The translations under genes and the position numbers were made by a program. The notes beneath the pieces are model-generated. The model was given only the letters and a program-made list of their open reading frames with translations. It had not been told where the DNA came from and searched no databases. DNA of 64,000 nucleotides from Octopus sinensis (Eukaryota), in the NCBI RefSeq assembly GCF_006345805.1, contig NC_043010.1, positions 16,244,001-16,308,000 on the forward strand. The letters run 5' to 3'. Positions 12,941 to 25,508 of the stretch are shown here, one piece after another (the stretch's first letter is position 1; each line of letters begins with the position of its first letter).

Positions 12941-13290
12941 GAATGTATAGCATTAATGCTGAGCTTCTCTTTGAAATCCATTGTTTGGTCGTGTAGCTGA
13001 TTTTCTAGTTACAAAATGATGTAAAAATCATTTTGTTTTGAAATCTAACATTGTTTTTGAGTTTTAAAACAAGTTCCTCATTTCAAAGTGTTTCATGTAA
13101 TTTGTACATTAAACCTTCTCAAGCAGTTTCATAGATTTAGATTTTAGAGTTAATTTTGAATTATATAATGTTTGAGATAATCCTGAAAGCTCTATTAATC
13201 TTTATTGATTGATAATATAACATTTCCCTCAGGATTAATTAAAAAAAATATTTCTTTTTTAATTTTTGTTAAACTCACTTTATTTTAAAG

Positions 13291-13460
13291 CCGTGGTTTC
13301 CAACTGGAGTCCATGTAAGATTTTGTTGCTAAAATTCATCTACAATACACAAAATATTTTTTTCCTAATAATATTTAATTATAAAAGTATAATAGGATTT
13401 TTTAAACAACGAATAGCTATGGGACGGGGGTCCACTGCCAAAAATGGCTGAGAACCTCTG
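13291..13460. mobile_element. hAT (Charlie-like) MITE
   Basis: TIRs ccgtggtttccaac / gctgagaacctctg resemble CAGTGGTTCTCAAC. 8-bp flanks ttttaaag / ttttaaat (7/8 match). Confidence 0.65.
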
Positions 13461-16410
13461 TTTTAAATGATTAATTTAATTTATTATAATAGTTCTCATA
13501 TCTTATACAATAATACTTATCATGTAATTATTTTCCATAATTGCAATTTAGATTTTTTAAAAATACCCAAGTAATTGTATGGGGTGGGGGTGGGATGAAT
13601 GGGAAAGGCAAGGGGTTTTCTAGCCTGTAGATTTTCCTGTTTGAAATAATGGAATTTCAACCAAAATTATATTTCTGCTCTTTCATCAGTAAAAAGATAA
13701 TGACTGGAGATTAATATTTTCTTTAATTCTCTGCTTCTCTTGAATGCTTTACTAATTTGGTTTTTCTAAGTTAAACAGATTGAGATTTATAATTTGATTG
13801 TACTTTTAAATGTTATCAACATTCTCTAATGAAACATTAGGTTTATTAATGTCGAGACACACACACATGAAAACCTCGTCCAGTCTAAACAAAACACTTG
13901 ACAACTGACTCATTACACAACTGTATACAAATACCTCTTAATGAGACACTTATTACTTTTCTAAATTATAAATCTTGTTTTATATTGACTTAATCCCACA
14001 ATCTTAACAAGTGAAATATTAACAATTCAACCTTAATCTGCTTGCTAGGAATTTCATAGTAACATGGTAAATACTTATGAGAAAATATCAGTAAGGAATG
14101 TAATGTTTATCTTAGTGAAATATCTCCTGTTGTTGAATTTGATTTAATGAATGGAACTGAAATGAGCTGTAAATTTATATCAACTCATAGTGCCGTGTAA
14201 AAAGTGCAGGTGCCACATAAAAAGGCACTGGGCATCCAGCTGTAGAAAAAAACCAAGCTAAAAGAGACTATGGGACCTGGTGCAGTCCCTGGCCTTGCCA
14301 GTTCCTGTCAAGCTATCCTACCCTATTTTTAATTCCCTTAAATGCAAGTGACATCCTCATTTAAGGGCTACAGGTTGACCAAAGCAATGTTAAGTTTTAG
14401 CAATGGCATTTCTTGTTGAGAGTTTCAAGTGAAGTAATTTAAATCTTCAACATTCACGTGCCAAGTCATTATCATAAAACTAACCATATTCTGTGTTTCC
14501 CCCGTAAGGACAGAATTCAGATGTTGGCAGAGCATAGGAAGGACTTCTGATTTACTAGACTTGCTTCCAAGTAGAATGGGCTCTGACTAAAAACAGTTAT
14601 GCTGTCTAGTGGAATCAGCCAGCAGATTAAAGGCCTTGTTTACAGTTACTTGTTTGATTTGAGATATTACACTTCACCGTATTCTTCATACATATTGCTT
14701 CTACAAACAAGGATTACAGAAGGAGTTACTTCACTCTGTCTATGACAAATAAAAAGCCAAACTTTTTGCTGAAACACTTTTGAGGCTTGGTTTACACTTT
14801 GATATCATACTGTACAGTGCTCCATATTATAATGTTATGATATAATTTTTCTGAATGTATTTTTCTATATTAATTGAATTAAAATTTAAAATGTTATTTC
14901 TTATCAGTAAGAAATCGACAAACATATTTGCTAAGTCTGCAATTACGTTGAACTGTGACATTTTCCTACCATAAATACTTTACTTGCCAACTAAGAAACA
15001 ATAAACATTCCAAATGAAGGTTTGCTCTTATAAAATGTTGAATAAATGTTGTTACATTTTCCCATTTCACATTCTTCACTGGTTTCTATGCTGAATGACA
15101 TTTTAATGTTGATTCTTTGCAAAGAGGATTTTTTTTCCCTTGTAGTTTCATAAATATCTTCTAAGAAATTTTAAAATTAAATGTGTGTGTGTGTATATCA
15201 TATAAATGAATGAATTTTATATTTACCACTATTTCTGGTTTTGCTCTAAAACTGTTTTGTGATTCCAACCATTAGAGAGAAAATGTTGGATTAACAACCA
15301 AAAAAGAAGTGAACTTTTCATATTGTTGGGTCTCATTAGCTTCAGTGCCATTAGAACTTCCCAGCTGTTCCCAGTGAAACTTGGATTGCATCAGTTAGCA
15401 GGCCTGAATCTTCTTGGTAGCCTTTATAACCCCCAAAGCTGATTTAGAACAAGATTAGAAATAATTTTGTAAAAATTGGCTTGGATGCTGTATTGTGTAT
15501 TATTTGATTTTCCTGGCTAAATATCTTTTTCTCATTCCTGACTTCATTCCTATCCTGTCCGTTTTCTCATTCATCGAGAAAATGAGTGGCTTTAATGGGA
15601 CTAAAATTATTAAGACTCAACTTGGGGTTGAATGCACAATCTTTTTGTTAGATGTGTATCATTGTCTCAAAAGATATTCTAGAGTCTAAAAATAATTTTT
15701 ATTTAGCTACACTGTCGTAATTAGGACGTTTAATTATGTCAATTCGTATGTCAAGCAATAAACCCAGTTTTGTTAGGCATTTTATATGATTAGTAAATTG
15801 TGGAATGAAAATTGCATGACACTCCTGGAAATATTTGCCACTTAATAGGAATATGTTTAATTTTTGGAATTACATTTATTTTTAATAGATAAATATTTCT
15901 TTGTGTACTGATTCTGGGGATGCTATTATATTTTAATCAAAATCTTTATTTGTTGGCTATGGTTTGTGATGCAAATCCCAGATAAGAAAGCTGTACTCAG
16001 AGAAGAGATGCCAAATTAGTTTCATTCTACATCAAAATAGCTTGGCTTTTACAACAAAAAATATCCTTAATAAAAACCTAGCAAAACTCTGTAGCAAGTA
16101 AAATGTATTTGTTTGTTTTTACACAGGAGAGTTATGAACTAAAAACTACTGTCTGCATCATGTGCCCTTTATTTTAATTGTTATTCTCATCAGATGTCTG
16201 TGTTTCTGCATGGATCTTTTATCATTCTTACTTTACATGGATTATTAAAATCATGTAGTGTTTATAGATTACAGGATCTGATCTAATTGAGAGCAGAAGT
16301 GAGAGTTGACCACAGTAAGCAAGTTTAAGTGGAGGAAATATTTGTGTCCCCTTAACAGCTGTCCTTAACGTGTTGCTACCTTTTATCCCTGCTTTTACTC
16401 TTTTCCAACC

Positions 16411-16637
16411 AGGAGCTGGCAGAATCGTTAGCACGCCGGGCAAAATGCTTAGCAGTATTTCGTTTGCCACTACGTTCTGAGTTCAAATTCCGCTGAGGTT
16501 GACTTTGCCTTTCATCCTTTCGGGGTCGATTAAATAAGTACCAGTTACGCACTGGGGTCGATATAATCGACTTAATCCGTTTGTCTGTCCTTGTTTGTCC
16601 TCTCTGTGTTTAGCCCCTTGTGGGTAGTAAAGAAATT
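16411..16637 (+). mobile_element. SINE-A copy (well preserved, CpG-rich, variant tail)
   Basis: Pol III A/B boxes, intact CpGs, tail ttaatccgtttgtctgtcc...gggtagtaaagaaat. Confidence 0.9.
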
Positions 16638-17077
16638 TACTATATGGCAAGTTGTAGAAAGAGCATTTCAACTTGTGAACGACAAAAGAATTGATAAGAA
16701 TTATAATAAATATTTTCAGTTTCGCAAATTGTAAAGTTCTTTTAGAATTAATTTGATGTTGCACATTTCTGTAAATTATTTGCCAGACAGCTTTATGGTA
16801 GATTCACTTTTTAAAACAGAAATATTTCTACCACATGTGTTTTCAGTTTGTAGATTGTTTTCTTATACTTGATGTAATTTTGAAGAATGCAATTCTAAAG
16901 TAGACTTGGTTAGTTTTCTTCTTCTGCTATTTTATTTTGCAAAACAAGTTTTTACTTTTGTATTTATTTTTGTTACACTTTTTTTTTGACTTGCTTGATC
17001 CAAGGAAAGCATAAACTACTGCTAATTCTCTGTTAACACCACATTATTATTGTTGTTGTTGTTGCCGTTGTTGTTGG

Positions 17078-17450
17078 GAGGGCAGCAGTTTGGCAGAATT
17101 GTCAGAGCACTGGACAAAATGCCTTGTGTTGGTTTGGGATAGTCCTTTATGTTCTGAATTGAAATCTTGCCAAGATTGGTTTTGCTTTCAATTAAGTAAA
17201 GTACTTGGACGCTTGACTTTATTTTATTGACTTGGGATGTCCTCTCATAAACCTTTTGGTGTTGTGCCTATGTTAGTATTTATTGTTACTATTATTATTA
17301 TTATTTAGTGAATGGTGGATTGGCAAAATCATGAGAGTATTGAACAAAATATATTGATGGATTTGTTGAGGATTTTTTGTAGATTTCAGAGTTAAAATCT
17401 CACTGAGACCAGCTTTGACTTTCCTTCTCCTGGGGTTGATAAAGACTAGT
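17078..17450 (+). mobile_element. Two degenerate tandem SINE-A copies
   Basis: tggcagaattgtcagagcactggacaaaatg and tggcaaaatcatgagag heads, each following a (GTT)/(ATT)n tract. Confidence 0.6.
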
Positions 17451-17603
17451 CTAAGTAGAAGGATGAGACAAGGCCAGTCAGAGAACTTATTATTCTTTAA
17501 AGGCCATGGCTTTCTAATTTTTAGGCTCTCTTTTCAAATTCTTACTAAAAATTCTGAACCTTGTCTTCTTCCAGATGACAAACCTATCAGCTAGGAATTA
17601 TTA

Positions 17604-17639
<36 letters not shown>

Positions 17640-17771
17640 TAGAGCTCTTGTCTTCTGGTATTCATTGCCCAGTGTCTCCTAACTTTTAAGGAAAGATTGA
17701 AACATGAAAGGGAAATTGAAAAAATAGTGAAATAACTTTGTTTCTTTTTGCTGATATTCCTTGGTGAAGGT

Positions 17772-17802
<31 letters not shown>

Positions 17803-17991
17803 ATATATAAAAAACTATATGTTCATAGGTGCAAGCGTGACTGTGTGGTATGAAGCTTGCGTCCCAACCACATGGTTCTGAGGTCAGTCCCACTGCATGG
17901 TATCTTGGCCAGGTGTCTTCTACTATAGCCTCAGGCCAACTAAAGCCTTGTGAGTTGATTTGGTAGACGGAAACTGAAAGAAACTCATTGT

Positions 17992-18285
17992 ATATCATCA
18001 TCACCATCGTTTAACGTCTGCTGTCCATGCTAGCATGGGTTGGATGATTTGACTGAGGTCTGGCGAACCAGATGGCTGCACCAGACTCCAATCTGATCAG
18101 GCAGAGTTTCTACAGCTGGATGCCCTTCCTAACACCAACCACTTCGAGAGTGTAGTGGGTGCTTTTACGTGCCACCGGCATGAGGGCCAGTCAGGCAGTA
18201 CTGGCAACAGCCACGCTCAAATGGTGCTTTTTATGTGTCACCTGCACAGGAGCCAGTCCAGCGACACTGGCAACGACCTCACTCG

Positions 18286-18290
<5 letters not shown>
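17992..18290 (-). mobile_element. SINE-C copy nested in SINE-B
   Basis: Same family as 5677-6055, about 2 internal units. Confidence 0.85.
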
Positions 18291-18292
<2 letters not shown>

Positions 18293-18351
<59 letters not shown>

Positions 18352-18352
18352 T
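18293..18352. repeat. (TA)n plus (GTT)n microsatellite
   Basis: Direct reading. Confidence 0.95.
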
Positions 18353-18510
18353 GGCATCCTTTTGTCTCGGGAGACAATGGAATTGCGCATAAAATAATCT
18401 AGTCCAGCTTTTACATTTCATGTCCTAATACATTTCCTGCTGTGGTTGTGTAGTCTTATCCTGGACAAACACTCCCTCTGGCAGGTACTGCAAATGTAGC
18501 GAAGACTTTT

Positions 18511-18513
<3 letters not shown>

Positions 18514-18566
<53 letters not shown>

Positions 18567-18575
18567 TGCACACAT
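18514..18575. repeat. (TA)n(CA)n microsatellite
   Basis: Direct reading. Confidence 0.95.
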
Positions 18576-20399
18576 ATGTGTGTTTGTACCCACCACCACC
18601 ACCCTTGCACCATTGCTTGACAACTGATGTTGGTGTGTTTATGTCCCCATCAATTAGCAGTTCAGCAAAAGAAACTGATAGAATAAGTACTAGGCTTACA
18701 AAGAGTAAGTCCTGGAGTCAATTTGTTTGACTAAAACCCCTTAAGGCAGTGCTTGTTGTGATTTTATATAATTATGTAGATTGTAGAAAGGCTTTCTGAT
18801 GTATTTCATAGTTCTCAGATACACCCATTTGATTTACCTAAAATAGCCATAGAATTTGAACCCGTTTCATTTGACTTTGTGCATTTAAATTATAATAAAG
18901 GGTTATTAAATGGAAAGTAAAAATGAGTGAATTCGTTATTAATCAGGTGAATGTATTGGTTCATTTGTTTAAATCTGTAGACTCTTCTTTTGTTTGAGTC
19001 TGTGGACTTGTACTGGATATTAATAGTCTATATTTGTATCTTACTGAATAAGTATAAATTAAAGTGCGTATATTGTTTTCAAGGGCTGGTAGAATTGTGA
19101 ACAAATGAAATATTAAGTTCACTTCTTTCTTTTTCAAGCTGTCAGTATACTTCAGTGCTCCAGCATGGCCACAGCCAAATGGTTGAAACAAGTAAAAGAA
19201 TAAAGGAATGCACATAGATATATGACAGGCTTTTACACAGTTTAGTTTCATTTAATAAATTCCATTGGGAAGGAATTACCCAACCTGAGCTTTGGTAGAA
19301 GATACCCAAGGTTCTGTGTAATGGATTTGAACACTTGGTGTTGTGCATTCTTTAATCTATAGCTACTCGTGTTATTTTAGCTCCTGGCATCTGACTAATT
19401 AGCCTAATTATATAAATTAAATTCTTCCCATCATACCAAATAAGATCGTTTCCCTGAATCTTTTCATTTAAAAAAATTTTTTTTTTGGTCCTTTCATTAA
19501 TCTTGATTAAAAGAGTTGATTAATGAATAATTTTTAACTTCCAGTTTTACCAAGTTCTCCATTCCTTTACACCTCTCAAACTCTAATGTTTCCCTTTTTC
19601 CTCTTCTGATTTGCATACTTTCCACTTCTCCTCCTCCTCCTCCTCAATCTGTTTAACCCCTGCTGATCATCACTGCACCTAGAATACACCTTCTGCACTC
19701 CCTACAAGTGTAACTTAGAAACTCATTCCTTTGTTCAGGTATTTCTAATTTATCACACACTGTCATCTCTTCAAATTCACAATTGTCTGGATTCTTTTTT
19801 CTTTTCATGTTGTCTCTTACCAGGTTCCATATAGGTTGTGGATGTCCACCTCTTAAGACAGCCAATTAAAAAGCAATTTAACATAAAATGATAGTTTCTA
19901 TAACAACCTGAATCTTATATTAGACTTCATTGTTCCACTGAAAGACAAAACAGGATTAATTGAAGTTTCTGCAAATTAATCCTGGAAATTATTCCCAGTT
20001 TTCCGAACGCAAATTTATTTCCCCATTCTTTCATTAAGTATATTTTCTTAGAAAAACTTGTGGTCATACATACTTGGATCCACATTTAGTATGGCTTGTA
20101 AGAATTTTTAATTATTGAAAGGGAAAAAAATTCTTTTTTAAAAATCATGTTTTAGATATTTTGGGAAAAACAATTTTGGCTATATCGACTTAGTCTTGTC
20201 TAAAATACTCAGAATTTCAAAACTTTTGGTTGTAAAAGGTAACTCGGATACTTCTCTAATTTACTGGAAATATTTTACATCTTGAATGCTAATTGCTATC
20301 TCCTGTCTCCGGGTCAGTGGTCTTTTTTTCCAATTTATCTACCTACTTTTAACACACGCACACATTATTATAATAATTCTAATTATACATTTATCTACT

Positions 20400-20890
20400 A
20401 ATTCATTTTCACTGTCTACTATTGCCGGGAGGGTTGTGAGAATCCCCAGGCACTTTCTCCATAGGCTTCTATCAGAAGCAACCATCATGAAATTTTCTTG
20501 CTAGATTCCTAAGTTTGTCTACCTGAGACTATAGGTATTATGCAACCATCTTGCTTGTGGTCTACACCTGTGGTCTCCTGCCAGTTGGCTTGGTTTGAAG
20601 AATTTGTCTTGTGATTCTTTCCTGCAACATTTCAACTACATTCTCATATTATTGGAGCTGTGATGTTTCAATGTTAAGAAATAGCAGCTCAACCTGAAGA
20701 AACTCTGATCCCTGAGCTATGCACCTTGTTGAGTAACAGTACTCTAGGAATCCTTTTGAGGAACTGTATCTTGGCGTTTTGTATTTCTGATCGAGCTCTT
20801 TTGCTCATTACCCAACATTCACAATCAAATCTAGGTGAGCTATTGTACATCCTTGTCACAGCAGCAGCGATAAAACCTGGCATAGCAATG
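20400..20890 (-). mobile_element. RTE-like LINE C-terminal fragment
   Basis: CECWVMSKRARSEIQNAKIQFLKRIPRVLLLNKVHSSGIR...RCRPQARW...VASDRSLWRKCL, a typical RTE-type C-terminus, decayed. Confidence 0.65.
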
Positions 20891-21004
20891 AGTTGTATAT
20901 GACTGATTATAAAATCATTAACATATTGTTACTAATGAAAAAAAAAAAATGATTTTTTTTTTTTTACAATTATTTAAAAGATTTGAATTAAGGATGTTAT
21001 TAAG

Positions 21005-22470
21005 GTTATGTGGAGGCACTTGACCTACTGGTGAGGGTTTTGCACTCGATGGCATCTGGAATGATGTGGGTACTAGGCTACTGGAGTTCTGTGATGCATG
21101 TAACCTTTTCATCTGCAACACTAACTTCAAGAAGCCAGACAGCCACCTGATAACCTATCAATCAGGGGACTCTGCTAACTAGATTGATTTCATCCTCACC
21201 AGACAGAGAGATGCAGGGTCGCTCTTAAATACAAAGACCCTCCCGGGTGAAAAATGTACCCCCCAGCATAGACTAGTCATTAGTGACTTTAGGCTCGAGG
21301 CCAGAAGAATACCAAGAAGCAGACCAATCCCAAAAAAGAAGGATTTGGAAGCTAAAGAATCCTTCACATGGTCAGAGATTTAGAGACATCCTTATCGAGA
21401 AATTTGATGAGAGGGAGGAGGAGGAGCTGCAAACATCAGACATAGAAGGTCGTTGGAAATTTCTTCGGGACAGCTTGCTAAGTGCCACAGACCAAGTCTG
21501 CAGATGGTGCAAAGTCCCTTCCAGGCCTAGAGTTACATGGTGGTGGAATAATATGGTAGACAAGGCCATTTAGAGAAAAGAAACAGGCCTGGAAGGGTGG
21601 GGATAGCATGGAACTGTACCAGGTAGCCAAAAGGCTACATAGCCAAGAGCGAAGCGGAAATGAAGTATGCCAATGTCCAGTGACATGAGGACCAAAGAAC
21701 TGAGGTATTTTAGATTGCAAGACAGTGTGTGAGAGAAAATTGTGATGTCACAGGAGAGAAATGTGTCCGCATGGATGATGGTGCACTTGCTTTTAATGAT
21801 TCAGAAAAGAAAGAGGCTTGGAGAAGCCATTATGAAAGACTTCTGAAAGTGGAGAATGAATGGGAGGAGGAGAGCCTGCCAAATGTTGACCCAGTAGAGG
21901 GACCAGCTATCCAAATAGACAGCACCCTGGTAGATAAAGCAATTAAGAGTATGAAGCCAAGAAAAACCCCTGGCCCATTAAGAATCACTGCCGAGAAGCT
22001 TAAAACATCTGGTGGTGTGGGCTATGGCCTAGTCACCCACATTGTAAACCAGGTAGTTCATGATGGAGTCATACCCAATGACTGGCGTAGCAGCACCATA
22101 GTCAACTGCTACAAGGGTGAAGGTGATGCTCTAGATAGAAATAACTACAGGGGTATCAAACTACTGAATCAGGTGATGAAGGTCACAGAGAGAGTTATAG
22201 CCTATCTCATCAGGGAGAGAGTCTGCTTATATGAGATGCTGTTCAGTTTTGTGCTGGGTAGAAGCACCACTGATGCCATATTCCTGGTTCAACAACTGCA
22301 GGAGAAATACCTAGCTAAAGATAAACCCCTATACTTAGCTTTTGTGGACTTGGAGAAAGCCTTTGACAGGGTCCCCCGATCCCTTATCTAGTAGGCAATG
22401 TGGAAACTGGAGATTGACGAATGGTTAATAAGGGCTGTACAGGCCCTATACAGAGAGGCTGTTAGTAAGA
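21005..22470 (+). mobile_element. RTE-clade LINE fragment (APE C-terminus plus RT N-terminus), truncated at both ends
   Basis: LLEFCDACNLFICNTNFKKP...IDFILTR (APE), RRIWKLK, WWWN, then NYRGIKLL...GRSTTDAIFLVQQLQEKY...LYLAFVDLEKAFDRVPR (RT). In-frame stops present. Confidence 0.92.
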
Positions 22471-23544
22471 ATCTGATTGATCATGTGATCAAGGTTTTAA
22501 AAGAAGACAATACGTGTCTTTCATTATTGAAAGCTGAAAATTTTGATTTTTCTGTCAAACTGTTTCGTCCTTAGCAAGTGATTAACTGAGTTTAATGACC
22601 GAAAGTGTCACACAAAATATTAATGTTGGGAACAGGGTGAGTTAAGATAGAAATTGATATTTTCACATTAATATTTTATAGAAATCAATTTTTGTGCATC
22701 ATCATCAAACACAGACTACTGTAGATATTATTTTTTAAATCCTAGATCTGTTTGTTGTCTGGCTACAGAAGAATTTTCTTGTTTCTCATCACTATTTGTA
22801 ATTCTGTGAATGTAATTGTTGTTGAATTTTTATTTTTACATAAAACACCAAACAAAACCTGATGAAATCATCATTTAGATGTTGTACAGTAGGCGTCAAC
22901 TTGTTTTGGTTTTTTTTTTTTGTGACATTTCAGATATCTCTCTGAAATGCCAAATTATTCTCTTCTAATGCCGCTATCTTTTTGGCCAGGTTGACATATC
23001 TGTAAATCATACCACAGAAAATAGATAATTTTAAAGCAGATATTGTCTAAGATCAACTATAAATTTTACATTCACGGATGTACTGTTAATCAAAATATTC
23101 AATGTGGTTATAAATTGGTTTTGAGAACAGAGATGCAACCCCAAGCTTCTTTTGTATGATTTTGTTACCCGTTGATAACATTTTTATCTATAAACTGTTG
23201 TGCTCTGCAAGTATTTACTATCCATTTTGTGGCCTGCAAAGATTGTCTTGCTTTTTCAGTTTTTTATTCTTGTAAATACAGATGAAACCTCTCTAAGTAC
23301 AACTCACCCTATTAATACTGACCCAAAATCTCAACAACTAAGCCAATGTGGTTATTTCTATTCTCAACTCATCTTGTTTAACATTTATCTAAATTGCAAC
23401 ATTTCTCATAGCCTTGCTAAATTACACTAGACATTTTAAAAATAGTCTCTAAACAACAGCTCAAAAGAGGGTTGTTAAAATATTAACAAATTCTTTTGAA
23501 AATGTTAGCTGAAATGATTTTTATAGTAAAATATAAACTGATAG

Positions 23545-23661
23545 GTGCAGGCATAGCTGTGTGGTTAAGAAGCATGCTTCCTTTGTGAGTCTTGGGTTCA
23601 GTCCCACAGTGTGGTTCATTGGCCAAGTGTCTTCTACTATATAGCTCCAAGCTAAGCAAAG

Positions 23662-23712
<51 letters not shown>

Positions 23713-23950
23713 CCTCTTGTCTTGACATCACGTGATGGTTGCAAATGAGCATTACTAATCTTGCAAGCCGTGTGGTTTATTTCCAGTCTTCTGTGTAGAA
23801 CATGACTGGCCATTGGGAAATCTCATCTCTTGCTTAGAAACAAGTGAGGGGTGGTGTGAGGAAAGGCATCTGACTGTAGAAAAATCTGCCTCCGTGAGTT
23901 CTGTCTGACCCATGCAAGCATGTAAAAGTAGATGGTAAATGATGATGGGG
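23545..23950 (+). mobile_element. SINE-B copy with tail type 2 ending in (GAT)n
   Basis: Same head as 45957, then (TG)n, then tcctcttgtcttgacatcacgtgatgg...acccatgcaagcatgtaaaagtagatggtaaatgatgatg. Confidence 0.8.
23665..23709. repeat. (TG)n microsatellite inside SINE-B
   Basis: Direct reading. Confidence 0.95.
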
Positions 23951-24195
23951 ATGATAAATTTATAGCTAAAATAATGTTTAGTATTTTTTGATTTTTGAAT
24001 GTTGGCTCATATTCGAAGAGGAAATGATTTAAATTGGTTATGTTTTGTCTTACATACATAAATAGTTAAAGTAGAATTGAAATTTAAGAATGTATTTGAC
24101 AAGTTGATTTTATGTGACTTACATACATTTCACCAGTGAAAGAAACCCTCTTAAAAGACCTCCAATTGCATATTTTAGCAATATTAATTCTGGTT

Positions 24196-24595
24196 CATCA
24201 TCATTGTTATCGTTAACGTCTGCTTTCCATGCTGGCATAGGTTGGATGGTTTGACTGAGGGCTGGTAGGCCAGAAGGCTGCACCAGGCTCCCATCTGATC
24301 TGACAAAGTTTCTACTGCTGGATGCCCTTCCTAACACCAACCACTCCGAGACCGTAGTGGGTGCTTCTTACGTGCTACCGGCATGAGGACCAGTCAGGTG
24401 GTACTGGCATCGACCACGCTTAAATGGTGCTTTTTACATACCACCCGCACAGGAGCCAGTCAGCTGGCACTGGCAACAACCATGCTTGAATGGTGCTTTT
24501 TACATGCCACCGGCATGACAACCTGTCAGTTGGCACTGGCATCAACCACGCTTGAATGGTGCCTTTTACGTGCCACCAGCACGGGAGCCACTTTT
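24196..24595 (-). mobile_element. SINE-C copy with 3.5 internal 66-bp units
   Basis: Units start at 24361, 24427, 24493 and 24559. Confidence 0.88.
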
Positions 24596-24738
24596 TAAAC
24601 AAACAGAATCACTGTTGTCAATTTTTGTTTTTAATGTTTCATTGTAGATTTGATTGCCATTTCAAGTTTCTGTCTTTGAGCTGTTGTCTGTTGTTTGTAA
24701 TCTTGCTTTATTCTAAGATATGTTTTGATTTTCTTCAG

Positions 24739-24984
24739 ATCCAGACGATCCAGAATACATTCGTCAGAAGCAACGACCAGCTGTTGTCAAAGAAGACGTA
24801 AAGCAAATGGAGGATCGCAGACGTGTCTCCATTGTGCTGAATAGCGAAGCCTTTCGAGAAGAATTGGAGCAAATTGTCCACGAACATATGAAAGCTGGCC
24901 ACCACCCTGCAAGTCTCGCCTTGCAGCAGATTACCGAACTTCTGTTGCCACACTCTGCTTATCGTAGTAATAGTGGATTCCGAG
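24739..24984 (+). CDS. hts: Adducin coding exon (N-terminal region, DPDDPEY...SGFR)
   Basis: Acceptor ttttcttcag|AT (phase 1), donor G|gtaggt (phase 1). 246 nt, open frame, adducin-like RP..(K)ED..ME.R.RVS..LNS.AFREELE. Confidence 0.93.
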
Positions 24985-25178
24985 GTAGGTACTTTGATTC
25001 AATAAGCTGTTCAAACTAAACACCTTATATCTTTCGTCAAAACTTATGTTCTTAAGATATATTTCTTATGTATTCTTAATATAACAAAAATCCTTACTTT
25101 AATCTTTTCTAGTTAACAATTATTATCCTACCCTATATATGGGTGAGGTTCACTTGCTTCTGAATTCTTAATTAGTGA

Positions 25179-25508
25179 AGGCGCATGGCTCAGTGGTTAG
25201 TGTCGAGCTTATGATCGTGAGGTTGTGAGTTTGATTCCCAGACTAGGCTGTGTGTTGTGTTCTTGAGCAAGACAATTTATTTCACGTTGCTCCAGTTAAC
25301 TCAGCTGTAGAAATGAGTTGCAACATCACTGGTGCCAAGCTGTATCATCCCCTTTGCTTTTCTCTTGGATAACATCGGTGGTGTGGAGAGGAGAGGCCGT
25401 TATGCATGGGCAACTACTGGCCTTCCACAAACAACCTTGCCCAGAGTTGTGCCTCGGAGGGTAACTTTCTAGGTGCAGTCCCATGGTCATTCATGACTGA
25501 AGGGGGGT
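25179..25508 (+). mobile_element. tRNA-derived SINE-E
   Basis: A-box tggctcagtgg, decayed B-box gtttgattccc, then tgtgttgtgttcttgagcaagac...gttgctccag core and a non-tRNA body. Confidence 0.8.

Larger units (their letters stand above)
17826..18752 (+). mobile_element. SINE-B copy split by nested insertions
   Basis: 5' half at 17826-17990 and 3' half at 18575-18752. A SINE-C copy and a LINE-like tail lie between them. Confidence 0.72.

Noticed and set aside
21729-22391. 220-aa ORF as a host gene
   Set aside because: It is the RT N-terminus of a truncated RTE LINE with flanking stops.
22595-22642. MTESVTQNINVGNR|gtgagt as the adducin start exon
   Set aside because: The donor is phase 0 but the next exon needs phase 1, and no bridging exon was found.
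24361-24595. Regularly spaced repeats resembling a CRISPR array; repeat-peptide ORFs 24383-24598
   Set aside because: The units are similar over their whole length with no unique spacers, they sit inside a multi-copy SINE, there are no cas genes, and the context is eukaryotic.
24985-24994. Alternative donor at 24989 (gtactt)
   Set aside because: It is a weaker site and shifts the frame relative to the exon at 40447.
25179-25250. tRNA gene (also the heads at 9134, 16411 and 45957)
   Set aside because: A and B boxes are present but there is no complete cloverleaf, and each continues into a SINE body.
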